Source: Macrostomum hystrix (taxonomy: Eukaryota; Animalia; Platyhelminthes). Taken from it: a stretch of 64,000 nt of DNA. The notes beneath the pieces are model-generated. The model was not told where the DNA came from. It saw only the letters and a program-made list of their open reading frames with translations, and made no database searches. The stretch spans positions 7,006,001 to 7,070,000 of the forward strand of contig CATNEN010000038.1 in the NCBI GenBank assembly GCA_950097015.1, written 5' to 3'. This document shows, in pieces, positions 25,450-37,162 of the stretch (positions are counted from its first letter, which is position 1; each line of letters begins with the position of its first letter). The position numbers were made by a program, and so were the translations under genes.

Positions 25450-26780
25450 TGATCCCACAGAAACACCAGAAGAAGAGGTGCAATGATCCCACAGAAACAC
25501 CACAAGAAGAGGTGCAATGATCCCACAGAAACATCCCAAGAAGAGGTGCAATGATCCCACAGAAACACCACAAGAAGAGGTGCAATGATCCCACAGAAAC
25601 ATCCCAAGAAGAGGTGCAATGATCCAACAGAAACACCACAAGAAGAGGTGCAATGATCCCACAGAAACACCACAAGAAGAGGTGCAATGATCCCACAGAA
25701 ACACCACAAGAAGAGGTGCAATGATCCCACAGAAACACCACAAGAAGAGGTGCAATGATCCCACAGAAACACCACAAGAAGAGGTGCAATGATCCCACAG
25801 AAACATCCCAAGAAGAGGTGCAATGATCCCACAGAAACACCACAAGAAGAGGTGCCATGATCCCACAGAAACACCACAAGAAGAGGTGTAATGATCCCAC
25901 AGAAACATCCCAAGAAGAGGTGCAATGATCCAACAGAAACACCACAAGAAGAGGTGCAATGATCCCACAGAAACACCACAAGAAGAGGTGCAATGATCCC
26001 ACAGAAACATCCCAAGAAGAGGTGTAATGATCCCACAGAAACATCCCAAGAAGAGGTGTAATGATCCCACAGAAACACCACAAGAAGAGGTGCAATTATC
26101 CCACAGAAACACCACAAGAAGAGGTGCAATGATCCCACAGAAACACCACAAGAAGAGGTGCAATGATCCCACAGAAACACCACAAGAAGAGGTGCAATGA
26201 TCCCACAGAAACATCCCAAGAAGAGGTGCAATGATCCCACAGAAACACCACAAGAAGAGGTGCAATGATCCCACAGAAACACCACAAGAAGAGGTGCAAT
26301 GATCCCACAGAAACACCACAAGAAGAGGTGTAATGATCCCACAGAAACATCCCAAGAAGAGGTGCAATGATCCAACAGAAACACCACAAGAAGAGGTGCA
26401 ATTATCCCACAGAAACACCACAAGAAGAGGTGCAATGATCCCACAGAAACACCACAAGAAGAGGTGCAATGATCCCACAGAAACACCACAAGAAGAGGTG
26501 CAATGATCCCACAGAAACATCCCAAGAAGAGGTGTAATGATCCCACAGAAACACCACAAGAAGAGGTGCAATGATCCCACAGAAACACCACAAGAAGAGG
26601 TGCAATGATCCCACAGAAACACCACAAGAAGAGGTGCAATGATCCCACAGAAACACCACAAGAAGAGGTGCAATGATCCCACAGAAACACCACAAGAAGA
26701 GGTGCAATGATCCCACAGAAACACCACAAGAAGAGGTGCAATGATCCCACAGAAACATCCCAAGAAGAGGTGCAATGATC
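25450..26780. repeat. 34-bp minisatellite (ATGATCCCACAGAAACACCACAAGAAGAGGTGCA), about 39 copies
   Basis: Direct tandem repeat with no spacers. Confidence 0.97.
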
Positions 26781-27375
26781 TAATCACAATCGACTTAAGT
26801 AATCAAGAAACAAAACATTTACTAAGCGACTACTTAAAGAACTAAATTATAATGAGCATAAAATGAGTAAGTCAGTACAGAGAGTTTCAAGCGTACTTTT
26901 GTATTAATGCAATACTTAACGATTGCCTTAAAATTGCGTCCAATGTTCGCGCATTCGTTAATAATGCCTTTATTTTGTGCTATTATTTAATAGTATTACT
27001 AAGCATAATAACTAGACATTGCTGTTCGAAGTTTGATCTGACACTAGGCAAATCTTACGTAAGCTGCAATATAATGAGACTGTCCACCTGTTTGGGCAAC
27101 AACAACAATACGAGGTATCGGTCAGTCACATGGATTAAACGCACACACAATAATTATGTACAGACAAAATAGGCCCTTTATTATATTATATTATAGTTAA
27201 CTGAAGAACAGCAAGTTTATTATTGACACCGGAGCCATAATTGCTTATTCGGAAAAATACAAAAAAAAGAAATTCCTAACTACTTTCAGTAGAATGAATT
27301 GCTTGTTTTGCTAAAAATCGACAAACAAAAAATACAATTCAATAGCCTGTTTGGCATTTCAAAGACCGCAAGGAA

Positions 27376-27640
27376 AAGTCCATGGACAGCAGGGAAGAAT
27401 CATGGTCTGTCGTGGAAACCAGGAAAGGAGATGGTCACAACCAAATACAGCAGGGGATGTCCATGGACAACCGGGAATTTTCATGGACAGCAGAGACAGC
27501 ATTAAGTTTCATGGAAAGCAAAAACAGACTGCAGGGATGTCCAAGAAAGAAATGGTCCATGGACAGTAGGTAAGAAAACTGGGACAGCAGTGACATTAGG
27601 AAAGGATCATGGACAGCCAGGGAAGTTCCATGGACAGCTG
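27376..27640. repeat. Degenerate repeat built on the (T)CCATGGACAG motif
   Basis: The motif recurs about 7 times at irregular spacing. Confidence 0.6.
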
Positions 27641-27796
27641 CTTGTGAACGCCTGCCTTGACTGAGTTTAAATTCGCGAAGAAATAGAGGTCTAGGTCTTC
27701 GCTCGCGGGGTCTGCGATCTTAATTTATAAAAACACAAACTAGAAACTAACAAGATGAAATCGCGCATAATCAACGGATCAATCAAAGCCAATAAA

Positions 27797-29313
27797 TCAA
27801 TTGCTCTTCTCGCTGCCGCTCCTCTCCTCATCGTCATCATCCTCCTCTTCCTCTTCGTAGTCGTCGGTTTCGCCGCGTCGTCGCCTACTGCTGCCGCCGC
27901 CGGCAACGCCGACATCCTCCGAGTGGCCCGTCGCCGATTCTGTCGACGTATCGCCAACATTCTCGCCGTCGCCGCCGCCGGCAGCCGACTCCGTGACGGA
28001 GGAGGCATCGCCGCCAGCTCCAGATGCCGCCGCCGACGCAGCTGCAGTCGCAGCTGAAGCAGAGTCATTGCCACCGCCACCAGCGCTGGGAGCAAATATG
28101 CAGTTGGCGAAGACGCTGATCTCGTGCTCAGCCTGGCAGTGGCGGAGAAGCTCCCAGCTGCTCAGGAACTGCCGACCACACTTGGCGCAGTCCAGGGTGC
28201 GCGGCTCGCCAGACAGCTTGCAGCGGCAGACGAAGCGGCGCCGGCAGCCTGCGACAGGTGTACAGGGGATTTCCCAGTTAAACAGAGCATGGGAGTGGGA
28301 ATAACACAAGAGTTTGGGAGCCATCAGACAGGGGATAAAAGCCATTAGAATGGGGAGTTGTGTTGGATGGGGATAACAGAAGAGGAGGAAAGACAGGATA
28401 ACAGTGATCAGACAGGAAAAGTTTCACATGGGACTCGGTCACCTTCTCTCTTGTGCTCGATGAGGCGGTCAGCACTGCTAAAAAGGTCCCTGCAGTAGCC
28501 GCAGACCAGGAAGTCACGGCTGGCAGGCAGCCGGTCACCGACAAGCCGGCCAGAGCCCGCGGACAGTTTGCCCGAGCTGCCAGAATCGAACAGTTTGTTG
28601 TCCTCGTGCCCAACTGACGGCAGTCGGCGAGGTCCCAGACGATCTTTAACGCTGACACCGCTGGCAGCGACTCCGGAGCCTGACAAACTGGAGCCGCCGC
28701 CGTGACGATCGCGCCTATTTTTAGGCTCGGACGCGATGTTGACATCGATCGTCTGGCCCGCGTAGACTTTGCCGTCCTCGCGCTGGCAGGCAGCCCTGGC
28801 TGTCGGCTCGTCTATGTACTGCACAAATGCGAAGCCGTTATGCACGTTCACCTCGGCCACGTGACCGTGCCGGCTGAAGATTCTTTCAACATCCGCGCGC
28901 CCCAACTCGTTGGTGTTTAAGTTGCCGATAAACACGCGGCCCATGGGATTATGCCCACCACCGGATCCGCCACCTCCGTGCTGCTGGGAACGCTGAAGAA
29001 GCGGCTGCTGATGAAGCAACAGCTGCTGCTGCTGCGGCTGCTGCTGCATCATGAACTGCATATTCATAGGATTCGCCTGCATCTGCATCTGTGGCGGCGG
29101 CATCTGTGGAGGCGGCATCACAGGCGCTGGCATTGGCGCGGCGCCGGGGTGATAGCCCACGAACTGCTGCTGCGGCTGCTGGCCGTACGCCATCATGGGC
29201 AGCTGTCCGGGTGCCTGCATTCCAGGCGCCATCATCTGCGGCATGGCGGGCTGCATAGTACTGCTGACAGGAGCCATGGGCATCATGCCCTGCATGTGCG
29301 GGTTTACCTGCAT
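27797..29313 (-). CDS. hnRNP C/RALY-type RRM protein with BCL11-like C2HC and C2H2 zinc fingers; exons 29313-28443 and 28248-27797
   Basis: RRM RVFIGNLNTNELGRADVERIFSRHG...VHNGFAFVQY...EDGKVYAGQTIDVNIASEPK resembles hnRNP C. The phase-1 intron (GAAG|GTGACC...GCAG|GC) gives DFLVCGYCRDLFSSADRLIEHKREGC and then EPRTLDCAKCGRQFLSSWELLRHCQAEHEISVF. M/P/Q-rich N-terminus, acidic C-terminus, TTTTCAG immediately before the ATG. Confidence 0.9.
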
Positions 29314-29679
29314 GCTGAAAATTCGCTGCGCAAGTCGCTGATCCGAGTTTCAGTAGTCTAGTCGGCTTTCAGGGAGACTTTGAGTTGCCACTCAGGTCTA
29401 TATATTTAACTGATTGTGAAATGTAAATTGCTGAAACAGAATTCAAGCTAGATTATTTATTTTTGTTAAGTTAAATATACAGACATCAGCACCTATCTTG
29501 AAAATGTATACTTAGACAAACAAATGTAATAGTGGCATTTGTGCTGCTACCCAGGACTAGATTATAATTTCCTTATATTTAAAATATTACAGAAAGTAGA
29601 GCTTGAATTTAATCTTTAGTTACTTTAAATACATTCTAACAAGTATTACTTTCAAATACTCCTTAGTCTCGAAGATGTA

Positions 29680-30679
29680 GTGTACGCCGGAATTCCTCTG
29701 GCGTACACCATTGCTTAGGCCATTTTGGCGTACAGTTTCTGGCGTACAGTTTCTGGCGTACAAAAACTCTGAAAAATGTAATGGCGTACAAGCGTCTACA
29801 AGTGCAACTTTAATTGGCGTACAGTATTATAAAAGCCTAACAAAACTTAACTCGTAAGATAACGTAAGACATTTACATTTTTTGTTAACTTATAGTTAAT
29901 TTATTTACTTTCGTAATGATTATATCACAACTAAAATAGTTTGCATAATTTTATTTTTCGCATCAAAACATAACTTTCTGCACGGAGCTATGGCAGCTGC
30001 TTGAGGCGTGCTTAGATGATGAGACCGTCAGCTTCCTGCACTAGCCTCTACTGGACAGCCGCCTATGTTTACCATCACCTGCGATAAAAGTACCCCTGGC
30101 CGGACTACCAATCAAGCCGTTCTCCTGGATCGTTGCGATGCAGGTCAGGCACTAGCTATTCCTGCTGGTGCACCGGCCGTGTATGAAGACGATATGCAGG
30201 CTGGTGGAGAAGCGTTGGCACACCGGTTGCTGGACACACTAAAACCATTCTAGCCACCACTGGACAATCTTGTCGGCGTCGTAGCTTAATATAACTTAAT
30301 ATAATATACAATTGATCAATGCTAATAATTTTCCACCTTTCATTTCTTGTCAGAGGCCATTGTCGAGACGTTTTACAGCACAATGCGCTCACAGCAGCAA
30401 GCTGGCGGTCAGCACAATGACAGCCTTGAACTGAGGACGAAGCTACGCTGGATGCTTCCCCCTGTGGGGAGTGCGGCTTGCGAGCGGCTGCTTGACAAAG
30501 CAGCCAAGCTATTCTACCCCGGAGACACTAGGCGCAATCTGCGACACCATCGCAGCCCATACTTCGTTGATCCACGGGCAAAGAAGCACGATGTCAGTAA
30601 GGTTGTCGACAAGCGGAGCTCCCTCCAGTCGCGCTGCCCCTTCGTTGGACTGCCAAATCCAAACCTCGAGGCCGAGTGA
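29680..30679 (+). mobile_element. Internally deleted, degenerate hAT-like DNA transposase relic with subterminal TGGCGTACA repeats
   Basis: Fragment FTITCDKSTPGRTTNQAVLL...GGEALAHRLLDTL resembles the region around the first catalytic Asp; SEAIVETFYSTM...LELRTKLRW resembles the catalytic-Glu/C-terminal region. Stops and frameshifts present. Six TGGCGTACA copies plus a hairpin at 29680-29823. Confidence 0.55.
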
Positions 30680-33600
30680 GACCGACGTCCGACGGCAGGT
30701 CACGGCGGACGAACTGCAATTGACTTTGTTTGGGGATTAACTTTGTGAGATTTGGTATTTGTATGTCTGCACAGTCTGCTGCCCTTAATTAACTGTAAGA
30801 TCTACTGCCATGCCATAGCGTCCACGGAGTGAAGGAGGAGGAGAGAGCAATAAAATGCAAGTGTTATTGGACAGTCTACAGAGGGACAGAGACAGAAAAA
30901 AGAAGGGATATAAAATATGGACTATTTTCACAAGAGAAAGAGACATAAGTAAAAGCAGGCAAAGTGTTGCAAGTGTAGGGAGAACAAATTTGTGTCACAG
31001 CAACAACAGTGCAAGAAAGTTAATGAAGAAATTTTCAGTTGACTGCTTTTGGTGTAAATTAATTTGTGCTGAAAAAACATTGGTGTATAACTGTGTACAT
31101 TACATTTTATTTTACTTTCTGCCTCTGGCATACACATAGCATGATTGAGACTATGGCAAATACTTTAAATGTCTAATCAACCAATTAGATTTATGTTAAT
31201 GTGAGTTTATAACATAATTCTTGAGTTTATAATAGCAATTTAAGCATGAAAATTTGTAGTTTGCTGTGTATATCTCCAACATTTAGCTACAATGGCAAAA
31301 TGCAAACTTATATAAGTGTTCAATATAAATATGGAACATAATATTGATATATTGGCACCAGGCCAGCTACACTTTTCAAGTTTAGGAGCAGCTGGATATC
31401 ATTAGGAATAAATAACATATTGTTAGAAATGCTGTGTTCAACAAGGTAGAGGTTTTCTATATGAAATATAATAAATCTATATTTGAAAATTTAAATAGCT
31501 TTAATATAATATGCAAAAAATGTTTTAATTAAAAAGTTTTTTCCTAATTCAAAGTTCAAATTATACATTACATTGAAAAACATGAGTTTTAGTAGGATCT
31601 TAATTGTGAATAAAGGGATCATGTAGTAGGATTTCAACATCAGGGATACCAATACAAATCAGTGGCTATTGTGACCCAAACAATTTTAAAAATGTTGAAA
31701 TTTGGCTAGAAATAGACAAGAAGTTTCAGACTATTGTCTTGAGTATAATAGAAACAAGATTTTACCTTAAATGAACTTGTATATAAAAAAAATTATTAAA
31801 TTGGCAAAATATTAAATAGGCATAAAAGCAAAAACTAACTTCAATAAAATAAATATAGGCCTAGTAAAATATCTTTAAAAAACTCTCAAGGTCAATAGGC
31901 CCTAATTCAAACATTAGACACATAAATAATTTTTATAGCTACTTATTCTGTCATTCAGAGTTTGATTCTAATTCAAAGTTAATCCAATTATATTGTAATC
32001 TAATCCAAAAACCCAAAGTTTAGTCTGACAGTGGCTTGAGAGCCTAGCCTACTGTTTCACATTTTCTTAGAACTCTACCCTGTGAGCTACAGTTACATAG
32101 TTACAGAACTTATGTTTATGTAGATGCAGTTGAAAGCCAGTGATAGGCTATAGTCTAAAGCTCTAAATAAAATTAAGCCCTGTGGAAATTTAGGCCTAAC
32201 CTATGTTAAGTCAAATGGTATTGGAAACTGTTAATTTTGCCCTGATTGGAATAAGTAGGCAATTGGCATCTGACTATCTATCGCATTTTCAGAATTTTCT
32301 GTCATGTTGCAGTGGAGCAAAGACATAGGGCCTATGGTGTTGCACTCTGGTATATCCATGGCACTGAATGAACTTTTGGGGTTGACAGTGACACCAAGGT
32401 TATCATATATTCTGTGTCACGTCTCTTTTTAGCTACAATTTTTGACCACTTTGTGAGTTTTAAGGTTTTCTACACTTATACTCCCTATTAGGAAAAATGA
32501 CATTTTTACAGACATCTGGCACATAAAAATATTCTTGTTGGCACAAATACTTATCACAACCTGCATTCGGGGCTCGGCTGGAGGTCATTGGCATTAAAAC
32601 AAAGTTTAAAGAATAGTCGGGCAGATAAGTCGAAACATGAAGAATAAAAGAAATTCATTTGCGTGTATTAATTATGATTGTTTTTATAAATTTTTAATTT
32701 ATCTTTACATCACGAAGTTAGTTACATAGAATTTTTTTAATTTCCTTTTTACCGGCCGTAATTACGTCAAATATTGAGTCATATATTAATATTAATATTA
32801 AGTCAAATAGAGGCTATTCGAATTTTAAAACGGCGAAAGCTTTCGTATAAATATATTATCGTAGGGGCTTATAAACCGCTCATAAACCCGTTTTAAGCCT
32901 AAGTTTATTTTGAACGACCAGACCAAGTTATAAGTAACATCGCTGCTTGAAACAATTAGTGGCGAATAAGAGTTACATCAAGATCTAGTAGAAAAGTAGT
33001 TTTTCATTTGTGGCGAACGAGTTTAAAAAAGTGGGTTTATAGCGAGTCGCTAGTGAAACGTGAGTGTAATCTTATCTAATCTTTCGCTTCCGCTTGAATT
33101 AATACGAAAGAGCCTTAGCATAACCAATGCTCGATTGTACACGCAATATTTTCTCAATATGCCTTTTCGTAATTCAATATCGAGAATATCATTGCAAAAC
33201 GATATTCTCAAAATTACATAATATTAAATACAAAATTAAAATAATTAAAAAATAAATGCCTTGATCAAGCCAATTGTTTTGCAAAAACATGGTGTTAAAT
33301 TCTAGCAATTTTCGCAGTCTATAACTTCAACCGTGTATCTTAAAGATTTAAACTTAAAATGCAGCTGAAAGTGTTAAAACAGTTATAGTTTAAAACAGTT
33401 ATAGCAGACAGACAGATAGAGACACGCCAGTAAAAGTGAGCTCTAGTAAGCTGAGACCCAGCGCCTGCAAGTCACCCACAAAACAATCTGTTAGGGTCAC
33501 GGTGGCTCAGCGGCCAAGCAGCATCTGGCGGCGCCGGCGCTGCATAGGTGTTTTTGCTTTTCGCTCTGTTGTTTATTTCTCATAGTTACCACCGAGACTG

Positions 33601-34041
33601 CGCGCAGTCTTACACAGCACCTGTAGGAGCTGAAGAGCTGCCCAAACTGAAGAAAAGAACAAAAGCTATCTGCTATTGCCACTGTGGCCACAGCAAGACA
33701 ACGAGGCTTTTCAAATTCTCTTTTTCATTTTTTGTATTTCGTAAAGTATTCAACCAATCTCCATTAAAATCCAGAACAAGGGCTACAGTTTTCTGCTCTA
33801 TCGGATTAAAAAAACTTCCAGAATTGCAAAAATCGGCATTCAACAATTCTGGTCGGTAGTCTGGTGGCAAAAACCATCAATATTGGCTTATTATTTCGGC
33901 TCACAACAATTCATCATGTAACCATGTCGGATTTCAATTATGATTATATTTTATTGTACTATTGTCTTCATTGTTAATTATTTTATTTTTATACCTATAT
34001 GGATTCGCCATTGGCGTTTATACGCAGCAATGTTAGTTGTC

Positions 34042-34453
34042 AGGTCGCAGCTGGTCGCACCAGGTCGCAGCTCTTCCAAGCGCCCGCCGTGGCCTAGGAA
34101 GCGAGACGACCGACTCACTGTACAAGCGAGCGCGACTGACACGGCCTTCCGACCTGCTGAGACAGAGGCACCTGCGGCTGGCTGGGCACGTGATCAAAGC
34201 CGAAGCCTACTGCCCTGAGCCGCTGCAGCATGTGCTTCTGTGGACTCCGCAGGGACCGCGCAGGCGCGGACAGGGACGATCGGCCCGTTACATCGACCTG
34301 CTTTTCTCTGACGCGCGCGCCCCGAGCGAGGCTGACGGAGTGAAGCATGTCCGCGAACTAGCCCTTAAACGCGCGCTTTGACGCTTCCCCCACTGCGTGG
34401 CCGGCGGGTAGCGTTTTATTATTATTATTATTAATATTATTATTATTATTATT
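34042..34453 (+). mobile_element. 5'-truncated RTE-like LINE (ORF2 C-terminus plus 3' tail)
   Basis: RQRHLRLAGHVIK...LLWTPQGPRRRG...YIDLL is typical of the RTE-clade C-terminus. (ATT)n tail. 13-bp TSD AATGTTAGTTGTC at 34029-34041 and 34454-34466. Confidence 0.85.
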
Positions 34454-35929
34454 AATGTTAGTTGTCCTGGTCACCAGGGTTTTCGACAAGAATCGCAGAA
34501 CGTCTCGAAGATACTCACGTCGCAGGGCTTTGACAATTTGTTTATGGTACAGGGCGAAAAATTTAGACGATCGTGTCTTACGAGCTACATGTTCTTAAGA
34601 GCTACTTACGAGTCAGTTGGAGTAAGTTTATGATTAGAGATTCCCGTCGCATTTTTTTCTCGTGTTGCGTAGAATCGAAAGCACGTTACCGCAGTGGAAG
34701 ATGTACCTTCTTAAAGTTTCTTCCTAAATGGATATAATCGAATACAAAAATTTGCGGCCCGTAGAATAAAATTCGGTTACCAGCAGGCTGTTTTCCGCTC
34801 GTTCGGTGCTGGACATGTTGGATCTTTATGAAAATCGGTCATTGTGCTTGGGAGCTAGCTATCATGAAGTTAGGCAATGGTATTTAAAATATCCCCTGTT
34901 GTCTTTTCCCTGGTGGAAATAGCCTGGTCTTTGTACTATTAAGGAGGTAAGAAACAGCTTGTAAAATAGTTTTTAAATACTGTCGATTCTAGCTTCATTT
35001 TTTATTTTTCACATGCGTACTAGATTACTGGTAGTAGTAAAAAGCAAACACTCAAGCAAACTCGTCGATCAAAATCACTCCTAAAATTCACAAGCTTGAA
35101 ATTTCGCTTAGCGAAATGACTGAATGACAGAAACAGATTCTTGGTGGTATTAGTATATTGCATCTAGCGTGTAGCATTTTTCCCAATTTAACTTTATTTT
35201 ACTCTCTATCTTATTTTATTACATCCTAAAGCATTTGTTTCTTATTCAAGCGTACAATTTTTTCTGAGTGACGTCAAAACTGCATCCATTCGCCTACTCA
35301 GCATTTTGTTCTGACATTTTCCGTCACAGTTGATTAAAGAGCGCTTGCTTCAGTCTGACTTTCTTTTTGAATGGTAAAAATTTATGTGAACGCAGTTTGT
35401 CAATCTAAGGGTTAACAGCAACGATCCCTTTGTTAGCTTGCGGAAACTCAAACACGCATTAGCTCGTTAGCTTTCGCTTCCATTTCCTGAAACGATCGGC
35501 AACAGCCGGTTGAACTCTTTCACTGCTGACTGTCATTCAGCAAGCATCTCCGGGGTTGAAATTCGCCTAGTCAGGTAGTTCAAATCGATGAGTTAGCTCA
35601 GGGACAACTAAAACCCTCGGACGCGAAACGGTTGGGGGCTCGTTAAAGTCTATTGTCGCTTATTATAGTGTCGCGTGCTTAGAAAGCTCGAAGCTGAAGA
35701 GTTGCGCTAATCAGATGTTTTATCTGCTTTCGAGTTGGTTCATCGTCTGTCTTTTGAGAGTTTTATATTTATTTGAAGCAAATGCCTAAATAATAAGGAA
35801 TAAATAATTTATAGGTTGTCAATTGGCGTTGATTGGTGAAACATCACTGACCTCCTAGCTTGCACCGCAGCTTTCTGCTGACATTGAATCTCTTCTCAGC
35901 AGGAAAGCGAACAGGTTCTGGTCGAACGC

Positions 35930-36582
35930 GAGTGTGTGTGTGTGGTAGCCCTTAGTAAGGCGGGCCCGGGCCAGTCCCGGTACCAGGGAAGAGCGCTTCA
36001 ATGAACCGGATGACGTCGGTTCGATGGGCCTAGAGATCGCGGATGGTGTAGGAGGTCGGCCTTGTCGAGCAGTCGAAGAGGTGGTGAACGGACTTATCCG
36101 CCTCACCACAGGCAGAGCACAGGGCGGAAGAATTGTGGTCGAGCTTGTGCTGGTAGCTCGCGAGGAGACGGCAGTGGCCAGACCGGAGCTGCGCGAGGGT
36201 TGTGCGTTGCCAGCGATTAAGGGTTTGCTCCGACGGATGGATGGCAGGCGACGCAGTGCCGAGGACAGAATTGGGCGAGGAGAGGACGAGGTGATGATGG
36301 ACGCACGCAGAATGAATGACGGTGAGGTGCTGGCGCAGGCCATCAGGCTGAGGCTGATGGGCAGATCGTGCCGATGCGACGAAACAGATCAGCCACCAAG
36401 GAGCGCAGGTCTTGGCGAATGTTGCGAGGCGAAGCCGGCGCCATGTGCAGCAAGTGATTCGGATGTTGAGGAACCAGACTTTGTAGCCAGAATTGACCGG
36501 AGAGAAGCTCATTGTGCTCCTTGACAGGCAGGACAGAGCATTCGCTGTGAAGGTGTTCGGCAGAGAGGAGGCTGCTTAACAC
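35930..36582 (-). mobile_element. 5'-truncated non-LTR retrotransposon 3' end (ORF2 C-terminus with CCHC knuckle), frameshifted
   Basis: HLHSECSVLPVKEHNELLSGQF...; TTLAQLRSGHCRLLASY...CSACGEADKSVHHLFDC; (CA)n tail near 35931-35943. Confidence 0.8.
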
Positions 36583-37162
36583 AGCTTTCGTCGCGACACT
36601 TTTTCCGTAAACTAGCTGGCAGGAACGCTCTCATCCGATGTTTATATAGGTATACATGTATATTATAAATGATCGTTCTCCGAATACAGTGTCTTAAACG
36701 CGTCCCAAGGGCTTTGTTTTAGTTATATCATGTCAATACAAACACAAAATGAATATCTTTGAAAAGAGAACACAATTAATGCAGGCGGCAAATTCCTAGC
36801 CGCTAAAAACAGAATCTCCAGGCCTCAAAATATAAGAGGTAATTTTTCAGTAAAATTTGATCTTTTCATTCATTCACAAAATCATTATTTGTAAAAACGA
36901 TGTGTTTCACTGAGTCGTTGATCGTATATAATGCTGCGAAATCCCTATTTATCAGTTTTTCTTTTTAGGGGTATCCGAGAACAAGCTTAAAGCTAAATTC
37001 ACCCAAAAGTGAGCACAATAACGCTGTGTCCAACGCATTTCTGAGTTCTTCCATATGGACGGTCACGCGTTCGATTCTTACGTAGAATATACGCACACGG
37101 CTGCATAATTTGTTTTACTTTAATGCCGTCCATTCACATTTCCCATTCCATTTGGGCTTTGC

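Noticed and set aside
25450-26780. CRISPR-like 34-bp repeat (and the other 29-45-bp arrays)
   Set aside because: Units are head-to-tail with no unique spacers, there are no cas genes, and the context is eukaryotic.
33400-33450. Helitron-like end ((CAGA)n...CTAGT) or right terminus of the hAT-like relic
   Set aside because: No convincing subterminal hairpin, TIR match or TSD.
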